From NCBI GenBank assembly GCA_017436675.1, contig JAFSCS010000001.1, positions 9,472 to 73,471 of the forward strand: a DNA stretch of 64,000 nucleotides. The letters run 5' to 3'. The stretch comes from Clostridia bacterium. Lineage in GTDB: Bacteria > Bacillota > Clostridia > Oscillospirales > CAG-382. Position numbers and translations under genes: made by a program. The notes under the pieces were generated by a model that worked only from the letters and a program-made list of their open reading frames with translations, had not been told where the DNA came from and made no database searches. Below are positions 26,546 through 35,590 of the stretch, one piece after another. Each line of letters opens with the position of its first letter. Positions within the stretch are counted from its first letter, which is position 1.

Positions 26546-28090
26546 TTATTTCGAGGCTTTCTTTCTGTGCTTCATCTTACGAAGCTTGATATATACCTTC
26601 GGCATATGGTTGACGAGGAAATCCTTCAAAATATCACGCATTTCTTTATAGATATCGTGCAATTTTACGAAAAGCTTTCTCGGGGTATGCTTACCCGTAA
26701 ACCACATATCGAGCCATTTTTCATACGGTCTTCCGAGCCATTTCGGAAGTGCGAACGCCAATTTATAGCGTTTTACAAAATACATAAAGTATGCTTCAAC
26801 GAACAACACCTCGATCTCGGGGAATTGGGGTTGAACGAGTATAACGTCCTTCGTGGGATCGATGACCTCGGGCAAAAATCCTGCCTTCTTCGAGATATCA
26901 TAGAGCTCTGTTCCCGGATAGGGATAGAAGATGTTCGGGATAACACGGTCGCTCTTTATTTTCGCGTTGAGCTTAACTGTTTTCAACGCCTTATGAAGAT
27001 CCTCGAACGGAAGTCCTATTATATTATATGTAAGCTGAGCGATGCCGTATTTATGGAACCACTTTGAGCAGTTGATTATCATCTCATCAGTCTGGTATCT
27101 CTTGAGATACTTGAATCTCATCTCTTGGTCGCCGCTTTCGAGTCCCATATCGATCGTATAGAAGCCCGCTTCCTTCATCTTTCTGACGGTATCCTCGGTG
27201 AGAATATCGAAGCGGATATTACCCGTGCAAGGAAGCCCGATCTCTTTTTTATAAAGCTCGATGAATTCGTCAAACCAATCGGGGAACATATTGAAGATCG
27301 CATCACGGAAGTTGATAAACTGGATATAGGGATGCTTCTCGAGAAGCGTTTTGAGATACAATATTGCATTTTGGGGGCTACGGAAACGAGCGTAGATCTT
27401 TTTGTTCGGATATACCTTTCTGAAATTTCCGTTACCGCAATAGGTGCAGTTATAGAAGCAGCCGCGGCTGACTACGACGATAGCGGTGTTGACCTTTGAG
27501 CTGTTGAGGTTATCGTAATCAAAAAGGTCAAAATCGGGGATCGGGATACGGTCAAGGTCTTCGAAGAGCGGACGAACGGGGTTTTCCTTTATAGTACCGT
27601 CCTCAAGCTTGAACCATATACTCTCAACGTCAGTATAATCCTCGCCTGCGGTCATTTTGTCGCAAAGCTCGAGCTCAGCATATTCGCCGTCGCCGATACA
27701 TACACTATCGACACCGTCGATCTCAAGCACCTCCTTCGGTGCGAGGGTACAATGGTAGCCGCCACAGATTATATGAACGTTGGGACACGCCTCGCGAGTC
27801 CATTTTATATACGTTTGTGTATCGGGGAACGCGGTCGTTCTGATCGAAAAACCGATTATATCGAACTCTCCGAGCTCCTTAAGTCTTGCTTTATAGTCTT
27901 CTTCTGTATGTTGATAGAAAAGATGGAACAGCTTGCAATCGTGACCGCCTTGCTTCAAAACGGCTGAGATCGACGCAAGTCCCTCCATATAGTTACCGCC
28001 GTTGGACTTTCCTTTCACGTCTCTGTCGGTATAATCGGGATAAACGAGAAGCATTCTCGCTTTTTTTCCTTCCAAATTTTTCAAGCTCAT
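26546..28090 (-). CDS. B12-binding-domain radical SAM protein
   Basis: An N-terminal cobalamin-binding-like region and the radical SAM motif 'SRGCFYNCTYCGNG' (CxxxCxxC). The start is set at ATG 28090, downstream of the polA stop. Confidence 0.8.
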   Translation of the reverse strand: MSLKNLEGKKARMLLVYPDYTDRDVKGKSNGGNYMEGLASISAVLKQGGHDCKLFHLFYQHTEEDYKARLKELGEFDIIGFSIRTTAFPDTQTYIKWTREACPNVHIICGGYHCTLAPKEVLEIDGVDSVCIGDGEYAELELCDKMTAGEDYTDVESIWFKLEDGTIKENPVRPLFEDLDRIPIPDFDLFDYDNLNSSKVNTAIVVVSRGCFYNCTYCGNGNFRKVYPNKKIYARFRSPQNAILYLKTLLEKHPYIQFINFRDAIFNMFPDWFDEFIELYKKEIGLPCTGNIRFDILTEDTVRKMKEAGFYTIDMGLESGDQEMRFKYLKRYQTDEMIINCSKWFHKYGIAQLTYNIIGLPFEDLHKALKTVKLNAKIKSDRVIPNIFYPYPGTELYDISKKAGFLPEVIDPTKDVILVQPQFPEIEVLFVEAYFMYFVKRYKLAFALPKWLGRPYEKWLDMWFTGKHTPRKLFVKLHDIYKEMRDILKDFLVNHMPKVYIKLRKMKHRKKASK

Positions 28091-28103
28091 TATTTTTCCC
28101 TTT

Positions 28104-30626
28104 CTATTCTTTCGCATCATACCACGTTTTTCCGACCGCCACGTCAACGGTGAGCGGTACGAGAAGCTTCGTGCAATTTTCCATTTCCGTTCTCAAAAGC
28201 TCTGCGACCTTTTCGGCGTCCTGCTCGGGACATTCGACGAGCAGCTCGTCGTGTACCTGTAGGATAAGCTTTGATGAGGGGAATTTTTCTTTTAATGCTC
28301 TGTGGACACCGAGCATCGCATATTTTATTATATCAGCCGCTGTTCCTTGGATCGGTGTGTTTTTCGCAACACGCTCTCCGAACGCGACGATCGTTTTTTT
28401 CGAATTTCGAAGCTCGGGGAGGCTGCGGCGACGACCGAACATCGTCGATACAAATCCGCTTTCTCTCGCTTCTTCAACTGTTTTGTCAAGATATTCCTTT
28501 ACCTTCGGATAGGTCTTGAAGTAGCCCTCGATATATTCCGCCGCTTCTCTTTTCGTAACTCCGATATCGCGAGAAAGCGAATAATCCGAGATGCCGTATA
28601 CTATTCCGAAGTTGACTGCCTTCGCACGTTTACGAAGTGTGCTCGTGACCATATCCTCGGGAACACCGAACACCTGAGACGCCGTTATCGAGTGGATATC
28701 CTTTCCCGTGTTGAACGCATCGATAAGCGTTTCATCACCGCTTATATGTGCAAGCACGCGAAGCTCGATCTGCGAATAGTCGCAATCGACGAGGACGTAT
28801 CCATCCTTCGCGGCGAAGAACCTCCTCAGCTCTCTGCCCGCTTCTGTTCGAACGGGGATATTTTGCAGATTCGGTTCAACGGACGAGAGTCTTCCCGTCA
28901 TCGTCAAGGTCTGCTTGAACGTTGTGTGTATCCTTCCGTCGCGCTTGTCGATACATTCGCGAAGTCCGTCGGCATAGGTGCTCTTGAGCTTTGCTAATTG
29001 GCGATATCCGAGCACGAGCGGGATCAGCGGACATTGATCGGCAAGCTCCTCGAGCGTTTCGACGTCGGTGGAATATCCCGTTTTCGTCTTCTTTCTCGAT
29101 CTTAGTCCCATCTCCTCGAAAAGCACCGTTCCGAGCTGCTTCGGTGAATTGATATTGAAGGTATGACCGACCATGCCGTAGATCAGCTGCTCATACTCAT
29201 TGATGCCCTCCATCAATTCGCCGGAATAACGCTTCAAGCCCTCCTCATCGGCGAGAAATCCGGTTATCTCCATATCGAAAAGCACCTTTGAAAGCGGAAG
29301 CTCGAGCTCACGGTAGAGCTTTTCTCTCGGAGTATCCTTTATCTCGTCAAGAAGAGTATCGCGAAGCTTTTTCAAAACGTAGCTTTCGTCGGCGTTCGAC
29401 GAGCCGAGATACGTCAATGCGAGCTTTTCGGGTGTTATTCCGCCCTCGTTCGGACTAAGCACATAGGCGATGAGCGAGAGGTCGTCGGTTATACTGTTAA
29501 ATGCTGCTTTATAATTTTCATAGAGGAAGTGTGCCGTGTCCTTATAGGACATAACAGTGACCTTATAGCTGTCATCCTCAAAAAGAGGAAGCACGTCCTC
29601 GTCAAGTGTGCAGGTATAATAATTATCGCCTACTGCGGCATACAACCACATATTTTCGTCATACGAGACGAAGGCTTCGTCTTTTTTTGCGGCTTCGAGA
29701 AGCTCACTTGCCGTGACGGTCTCATATTCGACCCTTTCGGTCTCCTTTGTTGGATCTGCCTCATCATCGAGCCCGAAGCGTTCGATCAGCTTCAAAAATT
29801 CAAGCTTCACAAAAAGTGACTTCAACTCCTCGCGCATCACTGCGTTTCTCGTATATTCTTCTATATTATCGCTTATCGGGACCGTCTTACAAATCTCACC
29901 GAGCTGACGGCTCAGATACGCCATCTCTTTATCGTTTTCGAGCTTATCGTGGAGACTTCCCTTTACTTTATCGAGATTTTCATAAACGCCGTTGAGGTCA
30001 TAGTAGTCGGCAATAAGCTTTTGTGCCGTTTTCTGTCCAACACCCTTGACACCGGGGATATTGTCGGAGCTGTCTCCCATCAACGCCTTCACGTCGATGA
30101 GCCTTATCGGATCGACTCCGTATTCTTCTCTTATCCTCGAGGGAGTATAGACCTTCGTTTCGTTGGTCGAAGCAAGGAAAACGGTCGTTTTATTGGTAAC
30201 GAGCTGGAAGCTGTCGCGGTCGCCCGTGACGATATAGCACCGTTCGTCGTTCTCCTCGGCGATCCTCGAAAGCGTTCCGAGGATATCGTCAGCCTCATAG
30301 CCGCCCTTTTCGAGCACCTTGAGTCCCATATATCTTGCCGCATCCTTTGCTGATTGGAGCTGTGCGGCGAGGTCCTCGGGCATTCCCGAACGAGTCGCCT
30401 TATATCCGTCGTACGCCTTATGCCTGAACGTCGGCTCGTGAAGGTCGAAAGCAATTGCGGCGTAGGTGAAGGGACCTTCCTCCGCAGAAAGAAATTTTTG
30501 GAGGATGTTCACGAATCCGAAGACCGCGTTCGTCGGAAGCCCATCCTTTGTCGTCAACGGCTTCACACCGTAGAACGCTCTGTTCAATATACTGTTGCCG
30601 TCGAAAACGATCATACTCATTGACAA
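28104..30626 (-). CDS. polA: DNA polymerase I
   Basis: 5'-nuclease N-terminus 'IVFDGNSILNRAFYG', polymerase motif A 'DYSQIELRVLAHISGDE' and motif C 'QVHDELLVE'; 840 aa. Confidence 0.95.
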   Translation of the reverse strand: MSMSMIVFDGNSILNRAFYGVKPLTTKDGLPTNAVFGFVNILQKFLSAEEGPFTYAAIAFDLHEPTFRHKAYDGYKATRSGMPEDLAAQLQSAKDAARYMGLKVLEKGGYEADDILGTLSRIAEENDERCYIVTGDRDSFQLVTNKTTVFLASTNETKVYTPSRIREEYGVDPIRLIDVKALMGDSSDNIPGVKGVGQKTAQKLIADYYDLNGVYENLDKVKGSLHDKLENDKEMAYLSRQLGEICKTVPISDNIEEYTRNAVMREELKSLFVKLEFLKLIERFGLDDEADPTKETERVEYETVTASELLEAAKKDEAFVSYDENMWLYAAVGDNYYTCTLDEDVLPLFEDDSYKVTVMSYKDTAHFLYENYKAAFNSITDDLSLIAYVLSPNEGGITPEKLALTYLGSSNADESYVLKKLRDTLLDEIKDTPREKLYRELELPLSKVLFDMEITGFLADEEGLKRYSGELMEGINEYEQLIYGMVGHTFNINSPKQLGTVLFEEMGLRSRKKTKTGYSTDVETLEELADQCPLIPLVLGYRQLAKLKSTYADGLRECIDKRDGRIHTTFKQTLTMTGRLSSVEPNLQNIPVRTEAGRELRRFFAAKDGYVLVDCDYSQIELRVLAHISGDETLIDAFNTGKDIHSITASQVFGVPEDMVTSTLRKRAKAVNFGIVYGISDYSLSRDIGVTKREAAEYIEGYFKTYPKVKEYLDKTVEEARESGFVSTMFGRRRSLPELRNSKKTIVAFGERVAKNTPIQGTAADIIKYAMLGVHRALKEKFPSSKLILQVHDELLVECPEQDAEKVAELLRTEMENCTKLLVPLTVDVAVGKTWYDAKE

Positions 30627-30747
30627 TACTCCTCCATTTCTCCGAGAAAAAAGTATATACCCATACAGAATTATTATACACCAAAACGAGCCAAAGTCAA
30701 GAGAATTTACGTCTTTTTGTTTTCTCTTGCGAGGGTATTATTTCCTG

Positions 30748-30776
30748 TTGATTTTCTCGATAAAATGTAGTATAAT
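30748..30776 (+). promoter_or_regulatory. Near-consensus sigma-A promoter
   Basis: TTGATT, 17 nt, TATAAT, ~50 nt upstream of the ATG at 30825. Confidence 0.5.
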
Positions 30777-30824
30777 ATAATCTGTAATTTTATTCGAATC
30801 TATTTTGCAAGGGAGGGCCAAAAA

Positions 30825-33545
30825 ATGTATCGTTCAACACACAAAAAGCGTATGCTTTCGTTCCTCCTTGCGATGATCTTTATTCTTTGCTCGTTCTCAT
30901 ACGTTTTTGCGGACGAGGGTGCGCCGTCCACTGAGGGATCGACGCCTGCTGAGGGATCGACGCCTGCTGAGGAATCGACGCCTGCTGAGGAATCGACGCC
31001 TGCCGAGGAATCGACGCCTGCCGAGGAATCGACGCCTGCTGAGGAATCGACGCCTGCTGAGGAATCGACCGAGGAAACGATCGGAGATCTCGAGGGGTTG
31101 AAGGCGGCGATAGAAAACCGCCAAACGAAGATCAAGCTTTCGGGCGTTATCGAATTTGTTGAGGCGATCAGCATTCCCGAGGCGTCGTTTGAGATTAGCG
31201 GCGGAGAGCTTGTCGGTGCAAGCTTCACGGGGCTCGGGCACATCACCTTTACCCAAACAAAGCTTTCGGGTGTGTTGACGGTATCGTCACGCGCGATGAT
31301 AAAGATAGACGGCGATTCGCCGTCGATAGTTGCCTCCGACAGCTCGACCGTTGTCGTCACGGGCAGCGTTATAACAGAGGGCGACGGTCTGACCGTCAGC
31401 GGAAACAGCTCGGTCACCATAGAGGGTGGCATTGATGCGGGAGGCGTCGGTATCGTTGCTGACGGCGGAAGCGTCAACGTCAGCGGAGAAACGAAAAGCG
31501 GCTCGGACGGAGTCAGGTTCACGAAGCTTTCTGCGATAAAAAAGATCGGTGCGATAAAAGCCGAAAGCGGTGTTATGTACCGCGATATGAGCGGCGAAGG
31601 CGGAGTTTTTCCGAAATACTCGCTCGGGGCGACCATCACGTTCGTCAGCGACGGGGCGATGACCTTGAGATACGATTCCGCGGAATACACGATCCGCTCC
31701 AAAACGGCGGGCGAGGTCTCAAAATTCAAGGTCACCTGTGACAAAACGGATTTTTCCGATTATGATGCGCTCGGATACAAGGTGTTCAAGTCGTTCACGA
31801 TGGCTTCCGAAAACTGCGATGCTGACATCAAATACACGAACGAACACCGCAAGGGTGCTTCTGCAATATTGGTCAAAAACGACGGCTCGACCACAACGAT
31901 GCTTTCCGACGAAAAATATAGTGGCGGTTTCGAGGTCAAGGGCGTTGAAAACCTCACGATCGGATTGTATTTGACGTTGATGAAGCACACGGTCACGATA
32001 CTGAAAAGTGAAAACGGAGTGATCTCGTGCGGTGAAGAGCTAATGTTCTACGAGGGCGAGACAGTCGAATTCCGACTCACGCCCGACGACAAATATTATG
32101 CCGAAAAGATCATCATCGGCGGCGAGGAATTCACCCCCGACGGCAATGTGTTCTATTATACGATATTATCCGACATTGACGTCAGCGCCTCATTTAAGCC
32201 CGACAGAAAGATGTTCACCGTCACCATCAGACAGACGACGGGCGGTACGGTCTCGCATAAGGGTACGGTCACGGTGTTCGAGGGCGACTCATTGACGCTC
32301 GTTATGAAGCCCGACGACGGACATTATCTTTCGATGATCGAGATCAACAAGGAATTGATGGAGCGCAGCGAGACCTACACGATAGAAAATATAACCGAGG
32401 ACCTCATCGTTTTCATAACCTTCAAGCAATCGAAGACGTATTCGATCGTTTTGAAGCATACCGCAGGCGGTACTGTCACCGCCGACGACACCGACGTTTT
32501 TTACGGCGGCAGCACAAAAATACGAATAACTCCCGACGAAGGGTACGTTGTCGACAAGGTCATCGCCGATTCCGGCACGCTCACGGCAACGAGCGACCCG
32601 AATATATACAGGCTCAAAAGCATCACCGTGGACACGACGGTGACAGTCAGCTTCAAAAAGCTCGACGGCGAATTGCCTCCGCCCCCTGTTGAGATGCTGA
32701 AGGTAAGCGACGTAACTTGGGACTACCACCCGATACGTCTTGAGCTGTTTGAATACACCGTCATTTCCGAAGACGTTATCGAAAAGCTGAAGACCGATTA
32801 TCCGGACATCGCGTTCTCGATCATCGGCGAAGGCTTCAACTGGAATTTTGCGGCAGGCGACGCGGAGCATTTTCCCGAGGGCGACCTCGATTTCGGTGTG
32901 CTCGTCGGAAGATCGGAATTTGAAGAAAACCATCTCGCTTTCGCAGGCGGATCGAATTATATCTCCGTTACCATCCCCGACGGAACGCCGACTGTCGGCG
33001 AGCTGAAGGTGTTTGCCGGAAGACCATTCACGGGACTTCCCTTCCGTGCCTTCTCATATAGCGACGGCAAATACACACAGATCTCCGAATGCTTTTGCGA
33101 TGCATACTTTGAGGTCACGATACCGCTCGGCAACAAAGAGATACTGATGCTTTGTAACGCTGAACCGGCGAACACGGTCACGATCAAGATCGAAGGAAAC
33201 GGAACTGCAACGCCGAACGCAACGAAATACATCAAGGACGGCGACAGCATTAAATACATATTTGAGCCCGACGCCTCCTCGTATCTTGCGAGGGTAACGA
33301 TCAACGGCTCGCCCGCATATATGAACGGTCACGTGCTTCTCATCGAAAACGTGACGGAGGATCTCGAGATCGTTTGCGTCTTTTTGCCGCACGAATCAAG
33401 TGAGATCAGCAGATATCAGCTTCCCATAATCGAGAACCGAGCAGATATAATCGTTTACGTTTTCGCGTTTGTCGGAGTTGGTTGCTATTTAATTTACATC
33501 GTCCTGCGCAGAACGGGAAAGATCAAATATAAAAAAGAGTTTTAA
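30825..33545 (+). CDS. Membrane-anchored surface protein with divergent InlB B-repeat-like domains
   Basis: A signal peptide, then E[GE]STPA x7. Four ~70-aa modules (for example 'FTVTIRQTTGGTVSHKGTVTVFEGDSLTLVMKPDDGHYL') resemble the divergent InlB B-repeat. A C-terminal TM helix 'IIVYVFAFVGVGCYLIYIVL' is followed by a basic tail. Confidence 0.7.
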   Translation: MYRSTHKKRMLSFLLAMIFILCSFSYVFADEGAPSTEGSTPAEGSTPAEESTPAEESTPAEESTPAEESTPAEESTPAEESTEETIGDLEGLKAAIENRQTKIKLSGVIEFVEAISIPEASFEISGGELVGASFTGLGHITFTQTKLSGVLTVSSRAMIKIDGDSPSIVASDSSTVVVTGSVITEGDGLTVSGNSSVTIEGGIDAGGVGIVADGGSVNVSGETKSGSDGVRFTKLSAIKKIGAIKAESGVMYRDMSGEGGVFPKYSLGATITFVSDGAMTLRYDSAEYTIRSKTAGEVSKFKVTCDKTDFSDYDALGYKVFKSFTMASENCDADIKYTNEHRKGASAILVKNDGSTTTMLSDEKYSGGFEVKGVENLTIGLYLTLMKHTVTILKSENGVISCGEELMFYEGETVEFRLTPDDKYYAEKIIIGGEEFTPDGNVFYYTILSDIDVSASFKPDRKMFTVTIRQTTGGTVSHKGTVTVFEGDSLTLVMKPDDGHYLSMIEINKELMERSETYTIENITEDLIVFITFKQSKTYSIVLKHTAGGTVTADDTDVFYGGSTKIRITPDEGYVVDKVIADSGTLTATSDPNIYRLKSITVDTTVTVSFKKLDGELPPPPVEMLKVSDVTWDYHPIRLELFEYTVISEDVIEKLKTDYPDIAFSIIGEGFNWNFAAGDAEHFPEGDLDFGVLVGRSEFEENHLAFAGGSNYISVTIPDGTPTVGELKVFAGRPFTGLPFRAFSYSDGKYTQISECFCDAYFEVTIPLGNKEILMLCNAEPANTVTIKIEGNGTATPNATKYIKDGDSIKYIFEPDASSYLARVTINGSPAYMNGHVLLIENVTEDLEIVCVFLPHESSEISRYQLPIIENRADIIVYVFAFVGVGCYLIYIVLRRTGKIKYKKEF
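30933..31070. repeat. 18-bp in-frame tandem repeat (7 full copies plus a partial one) encoding E[GE]STPA
   Basis: The unit GAGG[GA]ATCGACGCCTGC[TC] repeats head-to-tail. Confidence 0.9.
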
Positions 33546-33566
33546 TTTGAAAGGAGCGTTTTTTTG

Positions 33567-34190
33567 ATGAAATTCAAGCATTTTTGTTTTATATTAACAA
33601 CATTCCTCTTGATGCTCTCGCTTTATGGCTGTGCGCTACTTGGGTTCACAGACGAGGAAAGCGAGGATACATCGGTCCAATCAACCGTTTCGAAGGAGAC
33701 CTCGACCGCGGTCAACGTTGGTGAAGACCTGAAATGGCCCAAGGACAACGTTCTTGCAAAGCTTATTCCCGAGTTTTCGGCAGGAAGAACGATCGAGATA
33801 CTCGAAAACGATCAATACGTTCGCTTCAAGATCACCGACGTCACGAAAAAGGATTTTTCGGATTACGTCTCGAAGCTCATAAAAGAAGGCTTTGACGACG
33901 TCGTATATACCGCAGATGAGTTGTTCAGCGCAAAGAAAAACACTCAAAGCGAGCTTGGTGTTGTGATTTATCTCACCGACTCGACGATAACGCTCGAGAT
34001 CGCGAAGGAGATATCACCCGAGGTGTCCGACGAGAGCGTTGATCTCTCCGAGGGTGAGACATCTGCAACCGATGAGTCGAATTTTGACGAAAGCTCTGAG
34101 GAAGATTCAAGTATCGATGACTCACTCGATGAAGAGACACCGAATGATGAGTCTATAATTGAAGAAGAAGAAGAAGAAGAAAACGAATAA
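33567..34190 (+). CDS. Lipoprotein with acidic C-terminal tail
   Basis: Lipobox 'LSLYGC' and a poly-acidic tail ending 'IIEEEEEEENE'. RBS AAGGAG. The track start at 33564 is TTG; the ATG is at 33567. Confidence 0.6.
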   Translation: MKFKHFCFILTTFLLMLSLYGCALLGFTDEESEDTSVQSTVSKETSTAVNVGEDLKWPKDNVLAKLIPEFSAGRTIEILENDQYVRFKITDVTKKDFSDYVSKLIKEGFDDVVYTADELFSAKKNTQSELGVVIYLTDSTITLEIAKEISPEVSDESVDLSEGETSATDESNFDESSEEDSSIDDSLDEETPNDESIIEEEEEEENE

Positions 34191-34209
34191 TTCAATCTAT
34201 AATACGCAT

Positions 34210-34245
34210 AAAAAAATCACTTGTGATATCACAAGTGATTTTTTA
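34210..34245. terminator. Bidirectional intrinsic terminator
   Basis: Perfect 24-nt palindrome ATCACTTGTGAT|ATCACAAGTGAT flanked by A6 and T6. Confidence 0.7.
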
Positions 34246-34255
34246 TTCGTTAAAT

Positions 34256-35110
34256 TCAGAAAAGTCTGATCTTTTTTGCGATCGTCTCACCGTCGAATCT
34301 GATCACACTGTATGCGCCGTCAAATTCCGCCTCGACAAGATGGCCGTCGATGTTGGCTTGGAGCGTGTGCTGTTGTTCGATGATCCCCTCGAGCTCCGCA
34401 TACACGTCTCCGTTGATAACGAGCTCGTTGGTATGCTTCACTCTTCTGTAGCATATATCGTATTTGAGCATTCTTGCTTCAAGCAAGATCCTATTCTTGA
34501 CCTCGGTGTCGGCTTTCCTTATTATTTCGGAATCCTTTATCTCCTCGGTCGGTTCAGCAACGTTCTCCGAACCGAGCTCTGCCACCGTTTCTTCGACGGG
34601 CGGAAGCTTTTTCAGCTTTGAATTTGCATTTATGCCCAAGAATAAATAGTAGAGCACCCAAGCGTGAAATAAGATATCAAGCACAGACTCGAAAGCAAAT
34701 TCGCCGATAACGATCATACAAACGGTGTCGATAACAAACATCACGAGTGCGAAGATGATCCACCCAATGCGATGCTTTTTCGAGAAGAACCACGCCGCGA
34801 GATAGAGCAAAACTATCACTATTGAGATCGCGAGAAGGATCACAAAAAACGAGCTGTCGAGGAAATAGATCTGATCGGGTTGATATTGATCCTCGGGAAG
34901 ATACCCGCACGCCACCCAGCCGAATCCTGTCAGATAATAGGGCAAAAAAGCGGAAAAGAGAAAATAGCTGTCCGAGTTAGTCATGATCAGAACCATATTT
35001 ACTGCCGTTGCTATGACCAAGACAAGCAGATTTAATCTTGAGGTATTATACTTTTGTTCGAGCACCTCGCGTTGCGAGACCGAGGTGTTTTTTGAAATCA
35101 GCTTTGACAT
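34256..35110 (-). CDS. Hypothetical membrane protein (about 4 TM helices plus a C-terminal soluble domain)
   Basis: 284-aa ORF with clear hydrophobic helices. I recognise no family. Confidence 0.55.
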   Translation of the reverse strand: MSKLISKNTSVSQREVLEQKYNTSRLNLLVLVIATAVNMVLIMTNSDSYFLFSAFLPYYLTGFGWVACGYLPEDQYQPDQIYFLDSSFFVILLAISIVIVLLYLAAWFFSKKHRIGWIIFALVMFVIDTVCMIVIGEFAFESVLDILFHAWVLYYLFLGINANSKLKKLPPVEETVAELGSENVAEPTEEIKDSEIIRKADTEVKNRILLEARMLKYDICYRRVKHTNELVINGDVYAELEGIIEQQHTLQANIDGHLVEAEFDGAYSVIRFDGETIAKKIRLF

Positions 35111-35176
35111 ATTAGCTCCTTTTTCAAATTGTTTTTTTCAGTATATCACATATTTCTGCAATTGTAAAGATAAATC

Positions 35177-35583
35177 AAAAAAAGCAGAGAGCTTTAGCGT
35201 GTTATCCTTAACGGAGAACACGCATCGAGATAAATCCCTTGCGGGATTTTCGATATACGCCTGCGGCGTTCGATATGTGCTGACGCACTCGATATGTTTG
35301 CTATGCAAACGAGGGATTTATCTCATATCGAATTGTCGTGGAGCGACAATATATCGAGCTTGAGCGCAGTGAAAGCATATCGAGTCAACGAAGTTGACAT
35401 ATCGACAGAAGAAAAAAGAGCACGAATAGAAGGATTTATTTCCTTTTACTCTTGCTCTTTCTGCTTGTTATAAGGGTTTGGGCTTAGCCCATTTGCATTT
35501 GACTCGTCAAAGGTGATGCTCGCACTTAGTGGTATTATTATAATTCTCCGCTAAGAACAACACGATTTGAGCTCTCTGCTTTT
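35177..35583. repeat. Foldback 'hairpin-chain' intergenic element, copy C (same family as copy A) inside a split terminator
   Basis: The core at 35197-35406 holds ATCGAGAT at 35224 and TCGATAT at 35250, 35270 and 35289. ATATCGA occurs at 35325, 35351, 35377 and 35399. The shared scaffold is AAATCCC-loop-GGGATTT and GGGATTTAT..CATATCGAA. The outer perfect 10-bp inverted repeat is A7-GCAGAGAGCT (35177-35193) paired with AGCTCTCTGC-T4 (35570-35583). Confidence 0.8.
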
Positions 35584-35590
35584 CTGTCTG

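Noticed and set aside
30800-31744. 314-aa minus-strand ORF with 'DSSAGV' repeats opposite the surface-protein gene.
   Set aside because: It is the reverse-complement reading of the E[GE]STPA 18-bp repeat and the downstream region. The plus-strand gene has a signal peptide, a promoter, domain repeats and a TM anchor, while the antisense ORF has none of these.
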